Source: a virus (Duplodnaviria; Heunggongvirae; Uroviricota; Caudoviricetes). From it: a stretch of DNA of 26,576 bases. The notes below the pieces were generated by a model. The model ran no database searches. It was not told the origin of the DNA and saw nothing but the letters and a program-made list of their open reading frames with translations. Position 1 is the stretch's first letter, and each line of letters opens with the position of its first letter. Shown piece by piece: positions 1-7,317 of this stretch. The position numbers and the translations under genes were made by a program. The stretch is taken from IMG/VR virus record IMGVR_UViG_3300018475_000095. One strand, written 5' to 3'.

Positions 1-68
1 CTCACATATTAATTAGAGTAAATACCTTTCTAATAGAACTTGGTATTATCGGATTTATTTCTTATTAA

Positions 69-143
69 TGGCTCCCCGGGTGCGATTCGAACGGACGGCC
101 TATCGGTTAACAGCCGAGTGCTCCACCGCTGAGCTACCGAGGA
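69..143 (-). tRNA. tRNA-Asn(GTT), CCA encoded
   Basis: Minus strand TCCTCGG-TA-GCTCAGCGGTGGAGC-A-CTCGG-CTGTTAA-CCGAT-AGGCC-GTCCG-TTCGAAT-CGCAC-CCGGGGA-G-CCA. Cloverleaf with one mismatch each in the anticodon stem and T stem. Confidence 0.92.
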
Positions 144-148
144 ATATA

Positions 149-333
149 ACAAATAGATAATAGAGCGCCACTAACCTATCTCTAATTGATGATACTCAAA
201 CTCTTGTAATTTGTGAGTGATAATAGAATTCCTTCTATTACTGACAATCTCTTCGCCTAGGAGTTGCGGCCAACAACCAAACCTCTCATCCTCAAATTAC
301 TCATTGGGTCTAATCTGGACTTTATCTATTTAT
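149..333 (-). ncRNA. Candidate structured ncRNA of ~185 nt, unknown class
   Basis: 10-bp terminal inverted repeat (151-160/322-331), internal helix GTAATTTG/CAAATTAC, hairpin TAATAGAA-GGAA-TTCTATTA. A TTGTATTATAT promoter-like motif lies directly upstream. No ORF called. Confidence 0.45.
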
Positions 334-497
334 ATAATACAATTAAATTAAATCTCTTTCTTGCAACCAATGCTTACTAAACACTTAGGAAATTTGAGAC
401 CGCTAAATCTCTTCTAAAGTAGGCAGAAATACGTAGCGATTGGAACACGATTTGATATTTCTATTATCTTCTACTTTAAAGATTTATCTAATTGTAA

Positions 498-634
498 TGG
501 TGCAGATAATCGGAGTCGAACCGATACGATATTGCTACCGAGGGATTTTTGGTCTTCAACACGAGAATTGAACTCGTAACTTTCGTTCCTATATTGAAGA
601 AGTCCTTTGCGTCTACCTATTCCGCCATATCTGC
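498..634 (-). tRNA. tRNA-Leu, predicted anticodon TAA, interrupted by a 50-nt insertion at 550-599
   Basis: GCAGATA/TATCTGC acceptor stem, A73-CCA, Leu-type D arm GGCGGAATAGGTAGACGC, long variable arm, T arm ATCGG-TTCGACT-CCGAT. Removing 550-599 gives an 87-nt tRNA with loop CTTAAAA. Confidence 0.85.
550..599 (-). ncRNA. tRNA-like mini-element nested in the tRNA-Leu anticodon loop
   Basis: CTTCAAT/GTTGAAG acceptor-like stem plus A-CCA; perfect T arm ACGAG-TTCAATT-CTCGT; AAC-GAAA-GTT mini hairpin. Confidence 0.75.
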
Positions 635-647
635 ATAACGCAGCTAG

Positions 648-658
648 TTTTAAAGAGC
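648..658 (-). promoter_or_regulatory. boxA-like antitermination element
   Basis: GCTCTTTAAAA matches the rrn/lambda boxA consensus GYTCTTTAANA. It ends 13 nt upstream of tRNA-Leu and is preceded by a hairpin. Confidence 0.45.
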
Positions 659-836
659 TAAGCAACTATCTGAAAGACTAGCCAAAACTTTTAGATAGGC
701 AAAAGTATATGTTTTTATATCTTATTGAACCATATAAGGAGATAATAAAGAATTAATGAATAAAAACTAATTAAAATCCTTAAATATATAAAAACATAAA
801 AAGTTTATTACAGTATGGAATATAATAAACTAATTG

Positions 837-955
837 AGGCAAGGGTTGGATTTGCACCAACGACCACGGGTTTAAAAGACCTTTTTAGAGTTGCAGTTAC
901 AAATCTTTTCTACAAGATTCAATTATTACGCGCTCTCCTGCTGAGCTACCTTGCC
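837..955 (-). tRNA. tRNA-Lys(TTT)-like gene with a 47-nt insertion (882-928) in the anticodon stem
   Basis: GGCAAGG/CCTTGCC acceptor stem, D arm GCTC-AGCAGGA-GAGC, T arm GTTGG-TGCAAAT-CCAAC. Removing 882-928 gives the perfect arm CGGGT-CTTTTAA-ACCCG. No encoded CCA. Confidence 0.65.
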
Positions 956-961
956 ATGCAT

Positions 962-982
962 CTCTGTCTTTCCAGAGTGTCA
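962..982 (-). repeat. Leader hairpin motif TGRCA-stem-GAAAGA, copy 1
   Basis: TGACA-CTCTG-GAAAGA-CAGAG, ending 6 nt before the tRNA 5' end at 955. Confidence 0.65.
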
Positions 983-1019
983 ATTAATTCTCTTTTATGT
1001 AGCTACTTATAATTAATTT

Positions 1020-1085
1020 GGGATATAGTTGGAATCGAACCGACACTTCCCTTACTCAGGGCTCTTACCTTAAGATCTTATATCC
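1020..1085 (-). ncRNA. Short tRNA-like RNA (66 nt) with a truncated anticodon arm
   Basis: Perfect GGATATA/TATATCC acceptor stem, D-like TCTT-AAGGT-AAGA, short arm CCCT-GAGTA-AGGG, T arm GTCGG-TTCGATT-CCAAC. Confidence 0.65.
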
Positions 1086-1091
1086 GTATAC

Positions 1092-1112
1092 CCCAGTCTT
1101 TCCTGGGTGCCA
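1092..1112 (-). repeat. Leader hairpin motif TGRCA-stem-GAAAGA, copy 2
   Basis: TGGCA-CCCAG-GAAAGA-CTGGG, ending 6 nt before the tRNA-like 5' end at 1085. The stem covaries with copy 1. Confidence 0.65.
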
Positions 1113-1139
1113 TTCGCGAATACTGTCCGTATAGATCTC

Positions 1140-1176
1140 AATCATTTATATCTGACAGCTTAAGATATAAATGATT
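1140..1176. repeat. Perfect 14-bp inverted repeat
   Basis: AATCATTTATATCT-GACAGCTTA-AGATATAAATGATT. Confidence 0.8.
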
Positions 1177-1335
1177 CCAAATACTTTATTCTTTAATTCT
1201 CTCTGTCTTGGGAGCGATAGTCTGCATCTTGATTTTTAGATATAACTTAACTCACCTAAATTACCTTAAACTATAAGTTCCAAAGCATCGCTATCCATTT
1301 AGGTCTACCTTTATTTGGCTGAAAAAGACCTTACA

Positions 1336-1560
1336 TTATAATATACAGTTTAAATTTCTATTTTCGTAACACAACCTCATATTAGTTATAAATATAAGCA
1401 TATCGTTTATCTGCGAACTAGTCATTGTGCGTAATGATGTTCCAAACAATTGATGATATCCTTTCTCATAAAGCGGTACGTTTTTATCTAATTTCCTATA
1501 GCCTTTTAATTCTATCAATAATTCTGATCTCAACTCAGATTCTTCTAAAATAGTTTTCAT
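1336..1560 (-). CDS. Hypothetical phage protein (early)
   Basis: ORF; start moved to the ATG at 1560, which follows an AAGGAG ribosome-binding site. Confidence 0.7.
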   Translation of the reverse strand: MKTILEESELRSELLIELKGYRKLDKNVPLYEKGYHQLFGTSLRTMTSSQINDMLIFITNMRLCYENRNLNCIL

Positions 1561-1582
1561 ATGATTCTCCTTTATATACATT

Positions 1583-1612
1583 ATTATATAATAAATTATC
1601 TCTAAAAGTAAA
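1583..1612 (-). promoter_or_regulatory. sigma70/sigmaA-type promoter
   Basis: TTTACT-N18-TATAAT, closely similar to the promoter at 2940-2968. Confidence 0.6.
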
Positions 1613-1876
1613 CTATTTTATTGTAAAATTTAAAAAATATTTAGGAAAAAATGATTTATAACATTCTAGCAAAGTACATTGTCTACGACGAACTTTCTTT
1701 ATTGCGTTATTTACATATCGCTTTGGCATAGATTTAGCTGTGTCTTCTTTCTTACATATCTTTATATATTCAACAAAAAATGCAGCTGATAAGACTAAAT
1801 AATCAGGATCGAATTGCTTACCATTAACTTCTAAATCATATATAGAATCTTGTAAAAATAATAAGAATCTTTCCAT
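1613..1876 (-). CDS. Hypothetical protein
   Basis: 87-aa ORF, co-directional with its neighbours; start uncertain. Confidence 0.6.
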   Translation of the reverse strand: MERFLLFLQDSIYDLEVNGKQFDPDYLVLSAAFFVEYIKICKKEDTAKSMPKRYVNNAIKKVRRRQCTLLECYKSFFPKYFLNFTIK

Positions 1877-1964
1877 ACCAGTATTAGTAGCTTCTTTATA
1901 AAAATCTGTTATTGAATTTTGATATATATATTACCTATTCTCCCTTGTTTTCCCATATCAAATT

Positions 1965-2159
1965 TTAATGAGAATATACTTGTTTAGTATTTCTATCATG
2001 CAAGAAAAAATTCGGTTTAAAATTAAGTTTTCCTTGTTGCCTTTCTTCTTTAGAAATTAGCATTTGATTATGGCAGTTTGGGCATGTGTAGCTAGCATGC
2101 AATTTTTTACCGACTTTTATCATTTTTCTACATTTCGGACATTTAAAATTTTCTTTCAA
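1965..2159 (-). CDS. Small zinc-ribbon protein
   Basis: CPKC...CPNC motifs; AAGGAG RBS before a TTG start. Confidence 0.7.
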   Translation of the reverse strand: MKENFKCPKCRKMIKVGKKLHASYTCPNCHNQMLISKEERQQGKLNFKPNFFLHDRNTKQVYSH

Positions 2160-2215
2160 TTTATCTCCTTGCTAATATAGTATCGTTGTTATTAGCTCAT
2201 AAATATATACAGTAA

Positions 2216-2494
2216 TTAATCTAGTTTTCCTTCACAATAGTCATAAAACAAATTAAATCCAACTTCTGCATCTTCTACTGAAACTTGTATTCTGTCTAGC
2301 TGATCATCTATCTGAGATTGATGATATATATGAGCACCTCTCACTGAATGGTGCATCCCTAGATAGAATCCAGTTAAATCAAATTCAAGCCAGTAAGTCT
2401 GGCCTCTATAAGAATAATATTTAATCTTATAGGGCCTAAACTTATCTTTTACATATTCTGTTCTTAAATATATGGCTTTATTTTGTGTAGTCAT
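2216..2494 (-). CDS. Hypothetical protein
   Basis: ORF; likely ATG start at 2494 after GGAG, overlapping the upstream gene. Confidence 0.7.
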   Translation of the reverse strand: MTTQNKAIYLRTEYVKDKFRPYKIKYYSYRGQTYWLEFDLTGFYLGMHHSVRGAHIYHQSQIDDQLDRIQVSVEDAEVGFNLFYDYCEGKLD

Positions 2495-2903
2495 AATAAT
2501 ATTCTCCAACTCCAAAGCTTATATTTGTTCTTATATATTCTACAGCAATACCGTCTTTAATAAGCTTATCATAAATTTTATTTTTTGGAAATACATAGCA
2601 AGTTTTTAAGTCTTCTTTTTTCCAACGTTTAACCCAATTCCAAAAACCATAACGCTTTTTTAATTCTACCACTGAGTTGTTAAAGTTGCGTACAAGTTCC
2701 CAATCATTGCTCATTGCAGGGCCTGCTGGTTTATAATCTAAAGCTCTTACTTTTACATGTGTTTGACTTATAACTTCAACTACTTCGTACGGATGACAAT
2801 CACTGTAGAAATACTCAGTTAACAATGTTCCTACTTCTATTTTATCACAGAACATTTTATTTTCTTCTAACCTATTGTTTACACTTCCATACCATTTTGC
2901 CAT
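2478..2903 (-). CDS. Hypothetical phage protein (early)
   Basis: 141-aa ORF with AAGGAG RBS, downstream of a sigma70-type promoter. Confidence 0.8.
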   Translation of the reverse strand: MAKWYGSVNNRLEENKMFCDKIEVGTLLTEYFYSDCHPYEVVEVISQTHVKVRALDYKPAGPAMSNDWELVRNFNNSVVELKKRYGFWNWVKRWKKEDLKTCYVFPKNKIYDKLIKDGIAVEYIRTNISFGVGEYYYDYTK

Positions 2904-2939
2904 ATTTAATTTCTCCTTTTTAATTTTAATTACATAATT

Positions 2940-2968
2940 ATTATATACTATTAAAATTAAAAAGTAAA
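2940..2968 (-). promoter_or_regulatory. sigma70/sigmaA-type promoter
   Basis: TTTACT-N17-TATAAT with AT-rich upstream sequence. Confidence 0.7.
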
Positions 2969-3035
2969 CTAAATTTCACATATTTTTTAAAAAATTTTTA
3001 TTTATATTAAAATGTTATTTGAATGTATTATTAAA

Positions 3036-3072
3036 CAATAAAAACCAGAGATGTTTAGAAGCACTCTGGTTT
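3036..3072 (-). terminator. Rho-independent terminator
   Basis: AAACCAGAG-loop-CTCTGGTTT followed by TTATT, just after the stop codon at 3100. Confidence 0.7.
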
Positions 3073-3099
3073 ACGAAACTCATATTAACATATTAAATA

Positions 3100-3546
3100 C
3101 TAAAACAATAAATTAAACCATTTAAATGGATTAAAATCATCTGTAAGCTTTGAAATAGCTTTATTAAATTCTTCTGTTGCTTTTTCACCAGTTAATGTTG
3201 TGGTATAAGCACCATATTTTTCATTAAAAGATCTAACTGCTTCTAATCTATCTTTTTCTGCTTGTCTTACTACTTCTCTTGCTTCTTCTAATATTGTCTC
3301 AACTTCTTTATTAGATTTTTCTAATATTTCAGCTGCTTTATTTTTTGCTAATTTATAATTTTCGTTTGCTTCTTTTAATTTTTTATCTGCTTCTTCTATT
3401 TTTCCTGCCATAAATTTTTTATCAGCACTAATTGCTGATTTTGTGGCATCTTCTTGTGCTTTTTTTCTTTTAAATTCTTTCTCTGCTTGTAAGCATTCTT
3501 TTTCCGTATCAAACGGTTTTTGTAACAATTCTGACCAATATTTCAT
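3100..3546 (-). CDS. Coiled-coil hypothetical protein
   Basis: 148-aa K/E/A-rich ORF with AAGGAG RBS. Confidence 0.8.
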   Translation of the reverse strand: MKYWSELLQKPFDTEKECLQAEKEFKRKKAQEDATKSAISADKKFMAGKIEEADKKLKEANENYKLAKNKAAEILEKSNKEVETILEEAREVVRQAEKDRLEAVRSFNEKYGAYTTTLTGEKATEEFNKAISKLTDDFNPFKWFNLLF

Positions 3547-3648
3547 TTTTAATTCTCCTTTACTTTAACGACTTACCTTTATAGGACTTACGTTTTGACT
3601 TATACAAAATTAATATGAGCTTTGGTTTTATTGAGTTTTCCTTCTCAT

Positions 3649-3661
3649 ATAAATTTAGCAT
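3649..3661 (-). promoter_or_regulatory. Putative phage late-promoter motif ATGCTAAATTTAT
   Basis: The identical 13-mer also occurs at 25467-25479, upstream of the intron endonuclease. Confidence 0.45.
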
Positions 3662-3843
3662 AAATAAATAAAATTTAAGGAAGTTAGTAATCTCACTATA
3701 TCAGCTATTAATAGACAGCCCCATATTATCATTAAAATAATTAGATGAATATAAGGTATTTTATTTCTTACATTATCTGCTATATATAAAGCATGAAGGG
3801 TTATCATTAATATCTCTATTAATATAAAATTTAAGATATCCAT
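3655..3843 (-). CDS. Small membrane protein with two hydrophobic segments
   Basis: 62 aa, tightly packed after the upstream gene. Confidence 0.65.
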   Translation of the reverse strand: MDILNFILIEILMITLHALYIADNVRNKIPYIHLIILMIIWGCLLIADIVRLLTSLNFIYLC

Positions 3844-3844
3844 A

Positions 3845-4654
3845 CTACAAACTCACTTTATCTATTTTAAAATTCTTTAAAGTTTTAGTTCCTTTTCTTT
3901 GAGAGACAGCTCTAATATTCAAATAGCAAGGAGTATCATCTGTTGGTTTATAGCCTTTATCGTAAGCATATCCACCATAATTCATTACTGATGGGCTATT
4001 GAAATAATACTTTGTATTTCTACTTATGTTACCTTTATCATCAAATAAGAATATATTTCTTGAACCTTGAATTGGTTGATGTGTATGCGCTCTTATATAG
4101 ATATCTGCATTGCCAACAATGCCATCTAAATCTTCAAGTGCATTCATAGCAGCACCTAATTTTCTACCGCCACCATAAGCACCATGTTGACCAAATATAT
4201 TTAATCTAAAAGGATTACCATTTACATCTTTACCGAATTGAATTGTTAGTGCTATACCATTATTTCTATATCTATCTTGAATACCTAACTTTTCAGCTAA
4301 CCATAAAGATAAATCTACCCCAACTTCTTTCCAAACTCTATTCTCATGATTACCTGGTGTCATTGCTAGTATTTTATCTTTAATAGGTAATAATAATTCT
4401 AATGCTAATTTTTGCGCTTCAGATAGGCTCAAGGCCTCACTATAAATATCTGACTTAGACATTTTTAAAGCAGTATTTAGTATATCACCTAATAAAATAC
4501 AATAACATTCTGGGGTATTTTTAATAAAATCAATAATCATTCTTAATGTAGGTAGATCAGCATTTGCATCACCTATATGCATATCACTTAGAGTGTATAT
4601 TTTAATATTATTCCCTACATTGTCTAACTTTGTTTTAATTGGAGTTATTTCCAT
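3845..4654 (-). CDS. Calcineurin-like metallophosphoesterase
   Basis: SDMHIG, LGDILN, GNHE, HG and AHTH motifs. Confidence 0.88.
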   Translation of the reverse strand: MEITPIKTKLDNVGNNIKIYTLSDMHIGDANADLPTLRMIIDFIKNTPECYCILLGDILNTALKMSKSDIYSEALSLSEAQKLALELLLPIKDKILAMTPGNHENRVWKEVGVDLSLWLAEKLGIQDRYRNNGIALTIQFGKDVNGNPFRLNIFGQHGAYGGGRKLGAAMNALEDLDGIVGNADIYIRAHTHQPIQGSRNIFLFDDKGNISRNTKYYFNSPSVMNYGGYAYDKGYKPTDDTPCYLNIRAVSQRKGTKTLKNFKIDKVSL

Positions 4655-5441
4655 CTATCTCTTTCCTTATTAAGTTATCTAAGCATTGTTTAATAGATTG
4701 TTCTAAGTCTAGACATTTAAATATCTTGTAATCATCGTTATTCTCATTAAACCAAGCTAAATAACATTTACCAATCTTTATACCTAATTTTCTTTGTAAA
4801 AGTTCTTTATAAATACCAAGTTGTATTGAATATTTATTTAACTCACAGTCATCTAGAAAATCAAACTCATCTAATAATTTCTGATATTTATTACTCGTTT
4901 TTATATCTTTATTAGTTTTATAATCCCATATCTGAAATTCTTGATCTTTAACATTCCAAGCTAATAAATCTATATTACCAGCTATTATATCTTCATATCC
5001 TACAGTAAACTCTGTTTTTATAGGTATCAGTTTATTATGAATATCTAAGAAGAATTTATCTTGTAAAGGTATTAGTTTTTCAAGTCTTCCTTTTATATCT
5101 GAAATATGTTCTAAATTTGCATAAGAACTATAATCAATATCAAATACTTTATTATTAGCAAGCTGCTCACTTCTTAAATGAAATAAAGTACCTACATCAC
5201 AAGATAACTTAGCAGCAATATCCCATTTTTTAAGAACTTCTTCTTGAGAAACTTTATCTCTCTTTGCAACGTAAGCACTCATATTTTCTTTATCGAATTC
5301 TATATGTTTTTGACTTACAAACTGTGTTACACTGCACTTTACTCTTTTATCTTTATAAGTGTAATAATGTTCTTTTTCATAAAAACAATAATCATTAAAA
5401 GAAGTGTTTAATTGAACTAAAATACTATCCTTCATAACCAT
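4635..5441 (-). CDS. PD-(D/E)XK exonuclease (RecB/Cas4-like)
   Basis: GTLFH, KTEF, AGNIDLL, WDYKTNK and YSIQLGIY motifs. Confidence 0.85.
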   Translation of the reverse strand: MVMKDSILVQLNTSFNDYCFYEKEHYYTYKDKRVKCSVTQFVSQKHIEFDKENMSAYVAKRDKVSQEEVLKKWDIAAKLSCDVGTLFHLRSEQLANNKVFDIDYSSYANLEHISDIKGRLEKLIPLQDKFFLDIHNKLIPIKTEFTVGYEDIIAGNIDLLAWNVKDQEFQIWDYKTNKDIKTSNKYQKLLDEFDFLDDCELNKYSIQLGIYKELLQRKLGIKIGKCYLAWFNENNDDYKIFKCLDLEQSIKQCLDNLIRKEIDGNNSN

Positions 5442-5829
5442 ATTGACAAATTATATGTAATTTTTCACCAGATTCTGTTATATAAATATGCTCATCTTCT
5501 TCCAATTCTCTTGACCATTTATCAGCAGTTACAAAATCACTATCATCAAAATATTCTTCTATTGCATCTTCGAACTCATATTCATCTTCAAAATCTTCCC
5601 TTTTTGGCATATCATCAAACATTCCAGAATCTATAAGTTCTTGTTTGGTATACAATAATCTACCATTATTTTTCTTAACAAATTCTTTTACTTCTTTTCC
5701 CCATACATATCTAGCATAATATAGTTCGTTATTCTCCCACGCTTCCATTTTACTTTCAGGAATAACTACCATATTATGTACAGAACTACTATTCGTTTCA
5801 AAAGTATTTTGTCTAATTGTTTGTTTCAT
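5425..5829 (-). CDS. Acidic hypothetical protein with an N-terminal FETNSSSxH motif
   Basis: Begins MKQTIRQNTFETNSSSVH; paralog of the adjacent gene. Confidence 0.8.
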   Translation of the reverse strand: MKQTIRQNTFETNSSSVHNMVVIPESKMEAWENNELYYARYVWGKEVKEFVKKNNGRLLYTKQELIDSGMFDDMPKREDFEDEYEFEDAIEEYFDDSDFVTADKWSRELEEDEHIYITESGEKLHIICQYGYEG

Positions 5830-5843
5830 TTTTTTATTCTCCT

Positions 5844-6209
5844 TTAACCTGATATATAATAACTAAATGCTATTTGTTTATTGCCATCTTTATCATATAC
5901 TCCTCGAGTACATATATCCATGCTATGATATGTTCCTAAAACTGGATAATCACATTCTGAAAAATCACAAATAAAATCATTGATAGCGGTTTCTTTTTCA
6001 GAGTCATCTAACTCTTTATAATCTGGGTATTCACTTTTAAAATCCTCAAGTTCTGCAATTTCTTCTTTCTTTAAAAATTTATCACCCCATATATAAAAAT
6101 ATAATTCTTTATTTTTAAATTTTTCAAATTCATCAACATTAACTAGTATTAAAGAATGAGTTGAACTTGAGTTAGTTTCAAATGTACCTATTCTAATAGT
6201 CTGTTTCAT
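5844..6209 (-). CDS. Acidic hypothetical protein with an N-terminal FETNSSSxH motif
   Basis: Begins MKQTIRIGTFETNSSSTH; TAATG overlap with the upstream gene. Confidence 0.8.
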   Translation of the reverse strand: MKQTIRIGTFETNSSSTHSLILVNVDEFEKFKNKELYFYIWGDKFLKKEEIAELEDFKSEYPDYKELDDSEKETAINDFICDFSECDYPVLGTYHSMDICTRGVYDKDGNKQIAFSYYISG

Positions 6210-6493
6210 TAATCCTCCCTGTATTCATTCAATTCATCTTCTAAATCATCCATATCTGACTGCATTTCAGCCATTTCTTCATATAAATTATTAACTGTAC
6301 TTTTCAAATCATCTATTTCTTGTTTCATTATAGTTAATACAGGAATATTGTCAAAAGCATCTCGTCTTTTTTCATAAATATCTTCTATGAGAATTTCTAA
6401 TTCTTTTTCTGTTAGATAAATAACAATATCATCTTTTTTAATCTGGCAAAGTGAATTATGTTTTTTATCTTTCTTTAAAATAAATTCTAACAT
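6209..6493 (-). CDS. Hypothetical coiled-coil protein
   Basis: 94 aa with TAATG overlaps at both ends. Confidence 0.75.
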   Translation of the reverse strand: MLEFILKKDKKHNSLCQIKKDDIVIYLTEKELEILIEDIYEKRRDAFDNIPVLTIMKQEIDDLKSTVNNLYEEMAEMQSDMDDLEDELNEYRED

Positions 6494-6993
6494 TATTCTT
6501 CCTCTTTTAATAAAGCATCTTGCTCTACTATAATCTCATCTTCTGATTGTTCTTGCATATTTAATTTTTTCATTATAGCTGCAATAGCCTCAGTTACTTT
6601 TTCTCTAGATTCTCTTGATATAGATGCATTTTCATTGTCTATATTTACTTGGTTTATTTGAATTGTAGGTGAATTTTCAACTACATCAAAAGATTTTTTA
6701 GCTTTATCTAGATTTAAGCTTATCGCATTTAGGTAATCAATCAAATCTTTATTACTAAATTCAGATGGCTTAAGTCGTATTCTAGCTTCCATTTGAGCTG
6801 TGATAGCATCAATAAGGTCGCTGTATTTCTCTAATCTTAATATATCTTTTTTAGCCTGTACCATATTGAATAGATCAGCAATTCGTTTTAATTTTTCTGG
6901 ATCAGTTTCTTCTATTAATTTTTTATTCAATTCATCAGAACTTTGTAAATTACTTATATTTATTAAATCAGTTGATGTTAATTTATCTTCCAT
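6493..6993 (-). CDS. Hypothetical helical protein
   Basis: 166-aa ORF within the operon. Confidence 0.75.
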   Translation of the reverse strand: MEDKLTSTDLINISNLQSSDELNKKLIEETDPEKLKRIADLFNMVQAKKDILRLEKYSDLIDAITAQMEARIRLKPSEFSNKDLIDYLNAISLNLDKAKKSFDVVENSPTIQINQVNIDNENASISRESREKVTEAIAAIMKKLNMQEQSEDEIIVEQDALLKEEE

Positions 6994-6999
6994 TTTATT

Positions 7000-7317
7000 T
7001 TATAAAATATCCTTGTATGTATGTATTATTTTATTTATTAATCTTTTTTCAAGCTGATCTTGAAGAGGATTAATTTTTGTATCTAATGTCTTTCTAATAC
7101 TCGCATCTAATGATTCACTAGGTATAAATTTATACCTAACATATTCTAATTCATTTGAAATAAGTAATTTACCAAGCCCAATATCAATCTCAAATATATT
7201 ACCTGTTGACCCGCAAATTGTATCGCAAATAATTCATTCCGATTTTTGCACTAATTTAGAAAGAGCATCTGTTGGGATAGTGGTCAATTTAGATAAATCT
7301 TCTATCATATTATTCAT
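7000..7317 (-). CDS. Hypothetical protein (105 aa) with an in-frame TGA at codon 28; missing from the ORF track
   Basis: MNNMIEDLSKLTTIPTDALSKLVQKSE[TGA 7234-7236]IICDTICGSTGNIFEIDIGLGKLLISNELEYVRYKFIPSESLD...HTYKDIL-TAA. It fills the gap between its neighbours. Confidence 0.78.

Noticed and set aside
550-599. tRNA-Leu insert as a group I or archaeal BHB intron
   Set aside because: Too short for a group I core and does not end in G; no bulge-helix-bulge is evident at the junctions.
471-665. 64-aa minus-strand ORF
   Set aside because: Lies over the tRNA-Leu gene and has no RBS or recognisable motif.
815-1012. 65-aa plus-strand ORF
   Set aside because: Antisense to the tRNA-Lys-like gene.
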